The notes below the pieces were generated by a model, which saw nothing but the letters and a program-made list of their open reading frames with translations, ran no database searches and was not told the DNA's origin. Made by a program: the position numbers and the translations under genes. 64,000 nucleotides of DNA from Ranitomeya imitator (taxonomy: Eukaryota): contig NC_091289.1 in NCBI RefSeq assembly GCF_032444005.1, positions 161,200,001 through 161,264,000 on the forward strand. Direction: 5' to 3'. Below, one piece after another: positions 49,401 to 61,400 of the stretch. The first letter of the stretch is position 1, and every line of letters starts with the position of its first letter.

Positions 49401-52400
49401 GTCCGTAAAACTAGCCAAGGTCAAAACAGGAAACAAATACAGTACACAGGAACAGAAACAGACAGGACCTAACCAGAGGAGCACAAGGCTATATCTGTCT
49501 GCCTCCAGCAGTAAGCTGGAAGCTTTAGTAATGTGTAGTGTTTCCCAATTAGCTGAATCAAGGAGCTGAGAACTCCAGTTGGACAGATCACACTCATACT
49601 GTCAGACTGGACGGCACTGCAGGTCCCAGCCACCCTACACTAAGTGGACTGAGCCTGGGTGATCCACAGCTCCTGGTTTCTGATGTCTCTTCTATTAGCA
49701 ATGCTGCCTGTGGAGTGAATATGGCAGCGCCTGGTGACAGTAGCGGATGTCGCAGCAGGCCTGGTAGGTTATGGAGTGTTGGTGGCCTGCCTGTCACATC
49801 TCTAATTAATACTTGTATTATTCTAGGAGCGAAGCATTGAGGAAAGTCTTATTCCAAACGAGTTTTACATCGTGAAGAATAAAGGTGTTTTGGGACTTGA
49901 GTATTATGAAGAGTAAGTAAAATATTTTCTCTTTTTAACCCCTTACTGAAGCTGGATGTTCCGCTCCGTCCATTGTCAGCTGCCTGTGTATGGAGCGGGC
50001 TCAGAAGTCAGCACCTGCCTCTAACAGCAGTGATCAGAGCTCAGCTGCTAGACATTGACATCAGCATTTAAAGGGGTTGTTCACTTTTAAAAGTTCGTCC
50101 TTGGTTGCAGGATATTATGAAGAAACAAACCGCTTCTAGTGCCTGGCTTTGCCTGTGATGCGAGGCAGCCATTCAATGACTTCACTGGGTTTAAGCTTGG
50201 AGACTCACTGATGGATTCGGAAAAGGTGAGCACAGGGTGTTTTGTTTCTTTATAATAGCCTCCACCCAGGGATGAACTTGTCCTGAAAGGGAACAACCCC
50301 TTTAAGGGATTGTACCATAGCTGTAGAGAAAGACATGGATTGCACATCCAAAAATCATACTTTGATCTAATGCCGCTAGGCAAAAATTGACAAAACTGAA
50401 CAGTTTTTACAAGTTTCTCATTTTTTTTCACTACTTTAATTTTTTTTTTCTTACAAGTTAGTTATTACTGTCCGTCATGCTGACCTGAAGAATTATACTT
50501 CCAGTTGTTTCTTCAGAGAACTCCTCAGTAACAGCTAATGTTCTTATATTTCACACTTATATCCCCCATATATGACCAAATTTGTGGAAAGATTCCAGTG
50601 AAACATTAGGTGGTCACTGGCAGAGGCGTATTCAATATTAACATCTACTTTACTGTCTTAACATTTCACCTTTAGTAAGTACACCACCCTGCTAGAAGAT
50701 GATGAAAAGCTGCGCTTGTTTCCTTCCATGTAAGTATGTTGTTCCCTCATTATCCGACAATGATTGTAGAGCCATGTTAATAAATAGGTTTAATAACATT
50801 AATGCTATGTGCACACGTTCAGGATTTCTTGCAGAAATTTCCTGAGCAAAACTGGACATTTCCTGCAAGAAATCCGCATGCGTTTTTTACCGTGTTTTTG
50901 GTGCGGATTTTTCCGGAGGTTCCCAATGCAATAATATAATGGAAAATCCGCAAAAAATCCGCAAAATTAATGAACATGCTGTGTTTTTTTTTTGCGGAAA
51001 AAAGTCATCATGTGCACAAAAATTGCAGAATGCATTCTAAATGATGGGATGCATAATGTATGCGTTTTTATAGCGAAAAAACGCGAAAAATCTGCAACGT
51101 GTGCACACAGCCTAAATCTGCCGTACTGACTACAGGAAACCAAGTGGAAGAGCTGAGGTTATTCAGTTGATGAAGGTGATGGACACCATGCTAAAGCAAG
51201 CAGGTATCGATGAAGATGATGTAAAACTGGAAGGGCCAACACAGGTAAACATATCAGACCGAAATATCATCAAAAATGAAAAATAAAAAAAAAACATATT
51301 TGGTACAATTTTCACCCTTAAGTCCGATCTATAAAATTGCAAACAAAAAAATAATTAACCTATGTCAAAAGGTAAACAAACAGAAAAATAATCAAATTAC
51401 CATTTAATATCATTTCACTTCTCCCCAAAAATGCAATTTAATGTGATCAAAATGTCTACGTACCTCAAAATGGCACAATAAAAAAGAAAATGGTGATACA
51501 TTTTTTTTTTCTACAAAGTTCTGAATTATTCTTTTTAGCCACTAAAATGTAATGTTTTATAGCAGCGTAATCATACTGACCAGAAGAATCAGATTGTCAA
51601 GGCATTTTTACCACAAAATAAATACTGTAAAGATGAAGGAAAAAAAAAAGAGAAAACAATGGCGGAATTGTGTTTTTTTTCACCATTTTACGCCATTTGG
51701 ATTTTTTTTCCTATTTTTGCAGTACATGCTCTGGTAAAGAGAATGCTGGAATTGAAAACGATATCTTACTTATCAAAAATAAACCATCATATGGCTATGC
51801 TATTGAAAACATATCAAAGTTACAGTTTTTGGATGAAAAGGGAGAACAAAAACACACAAAAAAGGACGATCTTGAAGGGGATGGAATATAGTTTTAGTAT
51901 TATTCCTAGACTAAAGGGTTAGTTAAAAAAAGGAAAACCTGTTTAGTCTGGATCTCTTCCCCTTTTATAGTGAAATTTTGAGCACTTGGAGGAGAATTCC
52001 TTGGGCAGTAGTGGTATATACACAGGATCTGCCATACATGTCTGATAGTGCATGTCCCAACTCGGCAACCCTCACGTATCTCCAAAATGTGGGTCACCTG
52101 ATCATTGTCCATGTGTGAATGCAAAGGAGGACTCTTATGCTTGACTGTTTTTGTAAAGTCCATAGAAGTGACTGACGAGAGCCATGAATGCCGGACCACC
52201 TCTCCCTTCACAGTGGCCATGGGTTGGGGGTCAGGGGAACCCAGTTTTGGGGATAAATAATACATTTGATTGTACACCTGTTTTGATTAATTTGCTCCAA
52301 ATTTGTGTTATATGATGGGTATATGATTTATTTCCTCTCTGGTTACTTAGGTTCACAATCTGCTGGAATTGCTGAAGATAGAACAAAACATCTATAACAT

Positions 52401-55400
52401 CGTGTTTCATGAGTTGATTCGACAGGTCAGCGTAGAATGTGCGGAGAGAGGGGAACTACTAGCTAAGCTCAGGTCAACCTCAAATGCAATATCTCAATGT
52501 TTATTATTGATGATTTCATAATTACGTGCATTTTCTACCTTTAAAATTGAACGCTGGTTGACATGAGTGCCGTGTCTATCTGTCTATGTTACCCCCTGAT
52601 AAATGTGCGAAACCCAACAAGAGCTTTCATTTGTATGGAAGAATGAGGAAGATATTGGCAACAGAAACATAGTCAGAAATCTCTGTATAGAGGCTGGGAT
52701 AATGGCGTAGTCTCCCATCCAACACAGGCTGTTGTAGTGCTGCGAAAGCCCCCAGAGACTGACATATATGTATTTATCTGCTACAGACCAAGTATAGGAC
52801 AAATTTATATCCCTCCTCCGCAACATGTATGATGCATCCATTTCCACTGTAAAGTTGAAGACCTCATTTATGATCACAGTCCTCCATAGGACAACACAAA
52901 AATATCAGCCCATGATATAATTTACTATATTTTTAAAAGAAAAGTGGCGTAGCGGTGCAACCAGCAGAGTAAATGAGCCTTGAACACGCACTGTATGTCT
53001 AAGATTCTGTCACTTCTGGATTCATTTGTGAAGTCAAATATGTTCTATTATTATTTGGTTTTTTTTGCAGACAACGATATGTAATGTTGTTGAATAAGAT
53101 CCCACATCAAGTACTTAGCCTCTACAATGACTTGCTGGCTCAGCGGGCATTAGACCGAAGTCTCACCCAAGAGATCATTTATTTTAAGAATTCCATAGGA
53201 GAATTAACAGAGTGAGTACTTTTATATTTTAAGGAATGTATAAGCAGAACAATTGGACCGCCATTGATCGTGAATGGAGCTGTACTGCACATACATGATC
53301 ACTGCACCATCTGAATATAGGAATCTACTCTCCAGTATAGAAGATATGCTACGTTTGAAGATAAAGCAGCTGGATCTGGAAAATAATATCACCTTCAATC
53401 AGATCAGTCACCAGTTACTAATTAAGCTGCATACACTATTGAATAATTATCTTAGAGGCTGGTGTACTTACTTTGAAAATCCATGTTACAATGATATACA
53501 GGTCCTTCTCAAAAAATTAGCATATAGTGTTAAATTTCATTATTTACCATAATGTAATGATTACAATTAAACTTTCATATATTATAGATTCATTATCCAC
53601 CAACTGAAATTTGTCAGGTCTTTTATTGTTTTAATACTGATGATTTTGGCATACAACTCCTGATAACCCAAAAAACCTGTCTCAATAAATTAGCATATCA
53701 AGAAAAGGTTCTCTAAACGACCTATTACCCTAATCTTCTGAATCAACTAATTAACTCTAAACACATGCAAAAGATACCTGAGGCTTTTATAAACTCCCTG
53801 CCTGGTTCATTACTCAAAACCCCCATCATGGGTAAGACTAGCGACCTGACAGATGTCAAGAAGGCCATCATTGACACCCTCAAGCAGGAGGGTAAGACCC
53901 AGAAAGAAATTTCTCAACAAATAGGCTGTTCCCAGAGTGCTGTATCAAGGCACCTCAATGGTAAGTCTGTTGGAAGGAAACAATGTGGCAGAAAACGCTG
54001 TACAACGAGAAGAGGAGACCGGACCCTGAGGAAGATTGTGGAGAAGGACCGATTCCAGACCTTGGGGAACCTGAGGAAGCAGTGGACTGAGTCTGGTGTG
54101 GAAACATCCAGAGCCACCGTGCACAGGCGTGTGCAGGAAATGGGCTACAGGTGCCGCATTCCCCAGGTAAAGCCACTTTTGAACCATAAACAGCGGCAGA
54201 GGCGCCTGACCTGGGCTACAGAGAAGCAGCACTGGACTGTTGCTAAGTGGTCCCAAGTACTTTTTTCTGATGAAAGCAAATTTTGCATGTCATTCGGAAA
54301 TCAAGGTGCCAGAGTCTGGAGGAAGACTGGGGAGAAGGAAATGCCAAAATGCCTGAAGTCCAGTGTCAAGTACCCACAGTCAGTGATGGTGTGGGGTGCC
54401 ATGTCAGCTGCTGGTGTTGGTCCACTGTGTTTCATCAAGGGCAGGGTCAATGCAGCTAGCTATCAGGAGATTTTGGAGCACTTCATGCTTCCATCGGCTG
54501 AAATGCTTTATGGAGATGAAGATTTCATTTTTCAGCACGACCTGGCACCTGCTCACAGTGCCAAAACCACTGGTAAATGGTTTACTGACCATGGTATTAC
54601 TGTGCTCAATTGGCCTGCCAACTCTCCTGACCTGAACCCCATAGAGAATCTGTGGGATATTGTGAAGAGAAAGTTGAGAGACGCAAGACCCAACACTCTG
54701 GATGAGCTTAAGGCCGCTATTGAAGCATCCTGGGCCTCCATAACATCTCAGCAGTGTCACAGGCTGATTGCCTCCATGCCACGCCGCATTGAAGCAGTCA
54801 TTTCTGCCAAAGGATTCCCGACCAAGTATTGAGTGCATAACTGAACATTATTATTTGATGGTTTTTTTGTTTGTTATTAAAAAAAACACTTTTATTTGAT
54901 TGGATGGGTGAAATATGCTAATTTATTGAGACAGGTTTTTTGGGTTATCAGGAGTTGTATGCCAAAATCATCAGTATTAAAACAATAAAAGACCTGACAA
55001 ATTTCAGTTGGTGGATAATGAATCTATAATATATGAAAGTTTAATTGTAATCATTACATTATGGTAAATAATGAAATTTAACACTATATGCTAATTTTTT
55101 GAGAAGGACCTGTATAGAATCCTGATAGGCCTAAATCCGGACTCAGAAAATTATTAATCTAAAGTGTGGAAAACATTGAAACAATTATACTGCCATTCTA
55201 AAATGGATTTTCAAAGTAAGTAAACCAGTCTCATCAGGTCTAAGAGTTCTATATAAAAAATGTTTGCAGTTTCTATTTTGAAATTTTTTGAGAGACTTAC
55301 TTAAATAAATAATGGTACAGGACTGTCTTTTTGCATCTAAAGAAAAGTTTCAAGCAACTTCCTGCCTTTGACAATAGATGTCCCCTATAGTGTAGAAATA

Positions 55401-58400
55401 AAGATTTCCTTTTTTTACAATAATCTGATGATTGAGGTAGTTGGAATACATTTCAAACAATGATGTTTGTAAGACGCTGTGCAATCAATGGCTATATATA
55501 GGAGAGCAAAATAAAATTTCAATAAATACTTTGGATGAATTAGCCATGACACAGAGTTACATGTTCTCACTGCCATTCTGATGTAATATTTATACATTAT
55601 TGAGATTTAAAAATATAAATAACAGGAACGTTAATAAATACAATGCCAATAGCCCTAACAGGGTAGTTCCACTGACCTTTTAGCTATGGAAGTCAAGTAG
55701 ATCTAAATGACCGCTACACCCAATCACTAGCCTAAGCGGACTTGTTCTGTAAATGCAAGCATCCCCACTGAGACCACTGTCTGGCTGCAGCACTCATGTA
55801 CGTTTACGACACATCATCACTATATAATCTAAGATAATATAGGGCAAGAAAGCCTGATTCCAGTGATGTATCACTTACTGGACTGCCTGATGCAGTTTTG
55901 GCGGAATCCTTGTTTGTCTGATGTAAATGAAGCTGAGCTAAGAGTTTTGGGCTGTGTATAACCCCGCCCACACCCCTGACTGGCAGTGTCATGTGTGAGT
56001 TGTCAGCAAGCTGGCAATCAGTGGTGGGGGCGTGGTAACATAGATTAGACTGACTGCCTGGGACTCCAGATGTAGTCCTGTAGTGATAATCTCCTGCTGA
56101 TAAAATACTGATTGTATTGAAACTACAACACACAGCCTCATAAGTGACATATTCCTGTAATCAGGCTTTTGTGCCCTATATTATGCTGTTCTCAGATTAA
56201 ATAGCAAAATCCTGCTGACTGATTCTCTTTAAATTGGTTTTCCACTGCAAGGACAACCCCATCTCAATTACAATAGGTAGAATAAAAACACAGATGAAGT
56301 GAGAGCTGCCTCTCTCTGACTTCTCATGTTAGTTACGTCCAAAGGAAGCAATAGTAAAGCGGACCATTAGCGCTTGCTGATTGAAGCCCCAGGAGACCCG
56401 GCATCGATGACACTGAAACAGTGTCGGCATTTTAGGTCAGTATAACATAGTAACATAGTTATTAAGGTTGAAGGAAGACTTTAAAGGGAACCTGTCACCC
56501 CGTTTTTTCAAGATGATATAAAAATAGCGCTAAATAGGGGCAGAGCTGTGCTTTAAATTAGTGTATTTTTGGAGCCTTTATTCCCCACCTATGCTGCCGA
56601 AATACCTTTGTAAAGTCGCCGTTTTGGGCTGTCACTCACGCTGGTCTGGTCATATGGGCGTGGTGACAGCGCTGTTTCTCCCCCAGATCTCTGTTGGTGG
56701 CGTAGTGGTGTGCGCATGCCCAAGAGGCGAATCCAGTGCGCAGGTGAAGGAAAAGAGCACGATCTGCACTATTCCGCGGTTTATCGGTGGGCGCAGCCAT
56801 CTTTGTGAGGCCGCGCGTGCGCAGATGGTACTTCTTGGCTTCCCGGGGCTCCCGCGGAATAGCGCAGATCGCGCTCTTTTCCTTCACCTGCGCACTGGAT
56901 TCGCCTGTTGGGCATGCGCACACCACTACGCCACCAACGGAGATCTGGGGGAGAAACAGCGCTGTCACCACGCCCATATGACCTGACCAGCGTGAGTGAC
57001 AGCCCAAAACGGCGACTTTACAAAGGTATTTCGGCAGCATAGGTGGGGAATAAAGGCTCCAAAAATACACTAATTTAAAGCACAGCTCTGCCCCTATTTA
57101 GCGCTATTTTTATATCATCTTAAAAAACGGGGTGACAGGTTCCCTTTAAGTCCATCTAGTTAAACCCATAGCCTAACCTAACATGCCCTAACATGTTGAT
57201 CCAGAGGAAGGCAAAAAAAAACCCATGTGGCAAAGAGTAAGCTCCACATTGGGGAAAAAAATTCCTTCCCGACTCCACATACGGCAATCAGACTAGTTCC
57301 CTGGATCAACACCCTATCAAGGAATCTAGTGTATATACCCTGTAACATTATACTTTTCAAGAAAGGCATCCAGTCCCCTCTTAAATTTAAGTAATGAATC
57401 ACTCATTACAACATCATACGGCAGAGAGTTCCATAGTCTCACTGCTCTTACAGTAAAGAATCCGCGTCTGTTATTATGCTTAAACCTTTTTTCCTCCAGA
57501 CGTAGAGGATGCCCACTTGTCCCTGTCTCAGGTCTATGATTAAAAAGATCATCAGAAATGTCTCTGTACTGTCCCCTCATATATTTATACATTAACATAA
57601 GATCACCCCTTAGTCTTCGTTTCTCCAAACTAAACAGCCCCAAGTGTAATAACCTATCTTGGTATTGCAGACCCCCCAGTCCTCTAATAACCTTGGTCGC
57701 TCTTCTCTGCACCCGCTCCAGTTCAGCTATGTCTTTCTTATACACCGCAGACCAGAACTGTGCACAGTATTCTAAGTGTGGTCGAACTAGTGACTTGTAT
57801 AGAGGTATAAGATGTTTTTATTATACATGGGGAAATGTGGTAATTCAAAAGGGGTTGTCCGAGTACGGGACAATTCCCTTAAGTGTCTTTTTTTTCAGTT
57901 TCTATATTTAACCATGTCTGACTTTATGCTTAATTGTTAATTATAAAGTGTCAAAGGGCAATAATAAAGCTTCTTACTATGTTTCCTTGGTCTGGATTTC
58001 ATTTCATAGATATCAGAATCCATCAATAATTTTGAGCCAAGCCCTTTTTTCATTTAGAGCCCCCTCTATACACGCTCTGCACATAGTCTCCTTGGTCTGG
58101 GAATCATGAGCTGTACCTCCAGGTATCACTTTGGGATGTTTGCCTTATAGCTTCTTTGTAGTGACCTTATACCCAGGGATTGTGAAATCTGATGTTTGTG
58201 CAATCTGTATAACGCTGTAATGTTGTTGTATATTTCAGTGAGTTATACCAAGTACGAGAACATGACCTACGTGTGAGCAAAGACGCAAAGCAAGCACAGG
58301 CTGAACTGGCTAAGGCCTTGAACAATGCAAAGAAGAACGCCAAGTAAGAGTACAGCACCTAAATATTCTCTCTAAAGACAGTCGTACACAGCATTGTCCA

Positions 58401-61400
58401 CTGTAGCAATGGGGTCAACAATCTGAACCTGTAAAAAGCCAAGTTACGTCACAAGTTCTCAATGCAAGTTAATAATTTGTATTGCTTATTTCCCCTGTAA
58501 CTAAAGCTGGTATATTAGTCCCAGTTACAGTGAAAATGCAGCCTCCTGGCTAGGACCCAGCAGCTCCTATTCCCTCATTACACCCTGCAATCACATGACC
58601 TTGTTAATGCTTCTTAATCTGTATACACAAGCGCTACTTCAGCTTGTTTATAGAGCAATGTAGAAAGCAATCATGGTAATAAAACCTGTTTCTCTTCTCT
58701 GTGAGGAGTCTGGCTGTGTCTGACAATACTTACACTGCATTGACTACATACACTGCAAGCTGCTTACACTGCATTGACATTTTATAAAGTCAGTGCAGAG
58801 GAAAGTGTGGACTATTTTGCTTTGATAGTCTATGGGCACTCCATAACACATTAAAAATGAAAATTAGAAATTTGTGATTGCCACAGGTGCCTTTTTAGAC
58901 TCTTAATTTCCTGTTGTTTCAAAAAATCCACAGTCATTGTGACACGAGGGGGAGTAGGGGGAGCCGTGCCATCACCTATTGTGAACTATAGATTCTGTAT
59001 TATCAGCTGTCTACAGAGATATTACCAGTCATTGCAATGATACCTCTGATGATAATGAAACTGCTGAAAACTGTTCCTGAAAAGACAGGGAGAGTGAGTC
59101 TAAAACAACCCTAGTGGTCAGTGCAAAAATTAGACAATTACTAATTTAGTTTTTTAATAAAAATTGTAATATGAAAGGAAAAACAAACATTGCAAAATAT
59201 TATTTAAAAATACATGTAACATAAACAATGTTGTTTTTTCTTATGACACACTTTAACGATCAACTACACGCACTTGATGGAGAGCTTCCCATTTATTTTT
59301 TTTTTTATACAAGCAATAATCGTTATTCCGTAAAATATATTTACTATAACTCACGTGGACAAATGCCAGAAAAGAAAAACTAATAAATCTTGACATCGCT
59401 ATATAAACACATGTCTATAGTGTAATCAAATATTTGCTGACTTGTTCAGTCTTTTAGAAGAGTACCGTGAGTTGTATGAGTTGCAAAGATGTCGCCTGGA
59501 GAAACAATTAGTTCACCTCACTGAGGAAAGAGATATTTGGAATTCTGCAACCTACAGATTGGCAAGAAAGGTACGGCTTGTTAGCAAACGCTGCATGTTT
59601 TATGCAAATTTACTGAGTTGATTGCTGCTAATTACAAAACCATCAGCATTTCAGAAGGATTATTTCTTAATTTTAAAGGGAACATGTCATCTGATTCATG
59701 TTAATCAAACCATGGTCAGCATGAATCGGATTCTGGCTGCAGGACTACAGTCATGTATATATTTTTTTCCTGTGTCGCTCCGGGGTTTAGAAGAAAACAT
59801 AGTTTTCTATATACCATAGTTTTTAATTTAAGACCACCATTGGTCCATTTAAAAAAAATAAAACTAGTGGAATAGTTTTAAAATCCAGCAGGTGCTATAA
59901 AACTATATAAAAAGTAAAATGGGCGAACATAAAAGACATCCTTGTAATGTAGGATTGTACACCGGAGAAGAGCTGTTAATTCGATAACAAATCTTGTTAT
60001 GACCTTTCTATTAGGTTATAGAAGAGAATCAGTTGCAGCTGGCGCGCAGGTTGTACATCAGTGAGAAGACCTGGACCAAGATTGTCCGGCATTTCATTGT
60101 CCTCCTCGCATCAAATGTAAGTTTTATAGAATATGCAGAACATACTGCAATTAGTTTTAGGAAGTAAAACCATCTGAGCGATAAGAAGAGTACTGATATG
60201 GGGGCTTTTAGTTGTCCGATGACAACATGCAATCGCTTTGGGGTAGAAGGGGCAATGAGTGTCCGGAACAGAGATTTACAGTGGTATTTATGCAGATATC
60301 GGAACCTATCTCCAATTGCTGCTAACACTGATGCTGGCTGCATGGCACAGCCGGCATTTGCTGGGTATAGTGTGGGCTCAGCCCTTGAGCCCGATTCATT
60401 CACTCACACCAGCTGCATGATGTAATGGTAGTTTGTTTAGCGGGAAGAGGTTAACGTATGTTTTTTTTCTGAATTCCATTTGTCTAAAACTGCAGTTTTT
60501 ACAACCCCCCCTTTAATTTTTTGAGTCAAAACCAGAAGTAAATGTAAACAAGGGAGAAATACTTTATATGGACAAAAGTACTGGGACTCCTCCACATTAC
60601 ATGTACAAGAGCGATTATGACCTCCCATTCTCAATTCATAGGCATCACTGTAGACGTGCAGCTATTACATCTTCTTCTGGGAAGATTTTCTACAAGATTT
60701 TGAAGGAGTCTGTAGGAATTTTTGCCCCTTCATCCAAAAGGTCAAACATTGATTTTGAAGGAAAGGCCGGGCTCACAATCTGTGCTCTAGTTCAAGTTCT
60801 AGCTGTTGAATGGGATTGAGGTCAAGGCTCTCTGTGGCCGGTCATGTTCTTCTTCACCATAGTCACCCAACCATGTCTTTATGGACATGACTCTGGACTG
60901 AACACAGTCATGGGGAACAATAGAGGGTCTTCTTCAAACTCTTCTCATGAAGTTGGAAGCTCCATAATGTCTTATATGCCGATTTACCTTCACTGGAACT
61001 AAGGGGCTATGGTTGACTCCTGATCCTCAAAGCATTATTCCTTTTCCACCAAACTCTAGAGTTGGCACAAGCACAATGCAGTCTGGCCAGTAATGTTTTC
61101 CTGGTGGCTGTTGCCAAAACCAGTGCTTACTCTATCAGACTGTCAGGAAGATCTGTTACTCCATGACACATTTCCAATGCTCAACAGTCTAGTGGTGGCT
61201 TTATACCACTCCATCCGATGCTAGGCATTGTGCTTGGTGATATCAGGCTTGGTTGCAGTTGCCCAGCCATGGAAACCCCAGAACACAGTTATCCTCAGAG
61301 GAGGTTTGAACTATTTAGAAAGGAAGAAATGTCATGAACTGACTTGTTACCACGGTGACCTTCTGTTAAGGGCTGCACTGGTATCAGTGATTTTCTTAAT

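Noticed and set aside
49935-51920. A piggyBac-like element that captured AXDND1 exons 6-7 (TTAA-cccc left end, related right end)
   Set aside because: The exons are collinear, conserved parts of the host gene; independent repeat fragments in separate introns are more parsimonious
56561-57070. Near-identical 141-aa and 144-aa ORFs on opposite strands
   Set aside because: A consequence of the palindromic MITE
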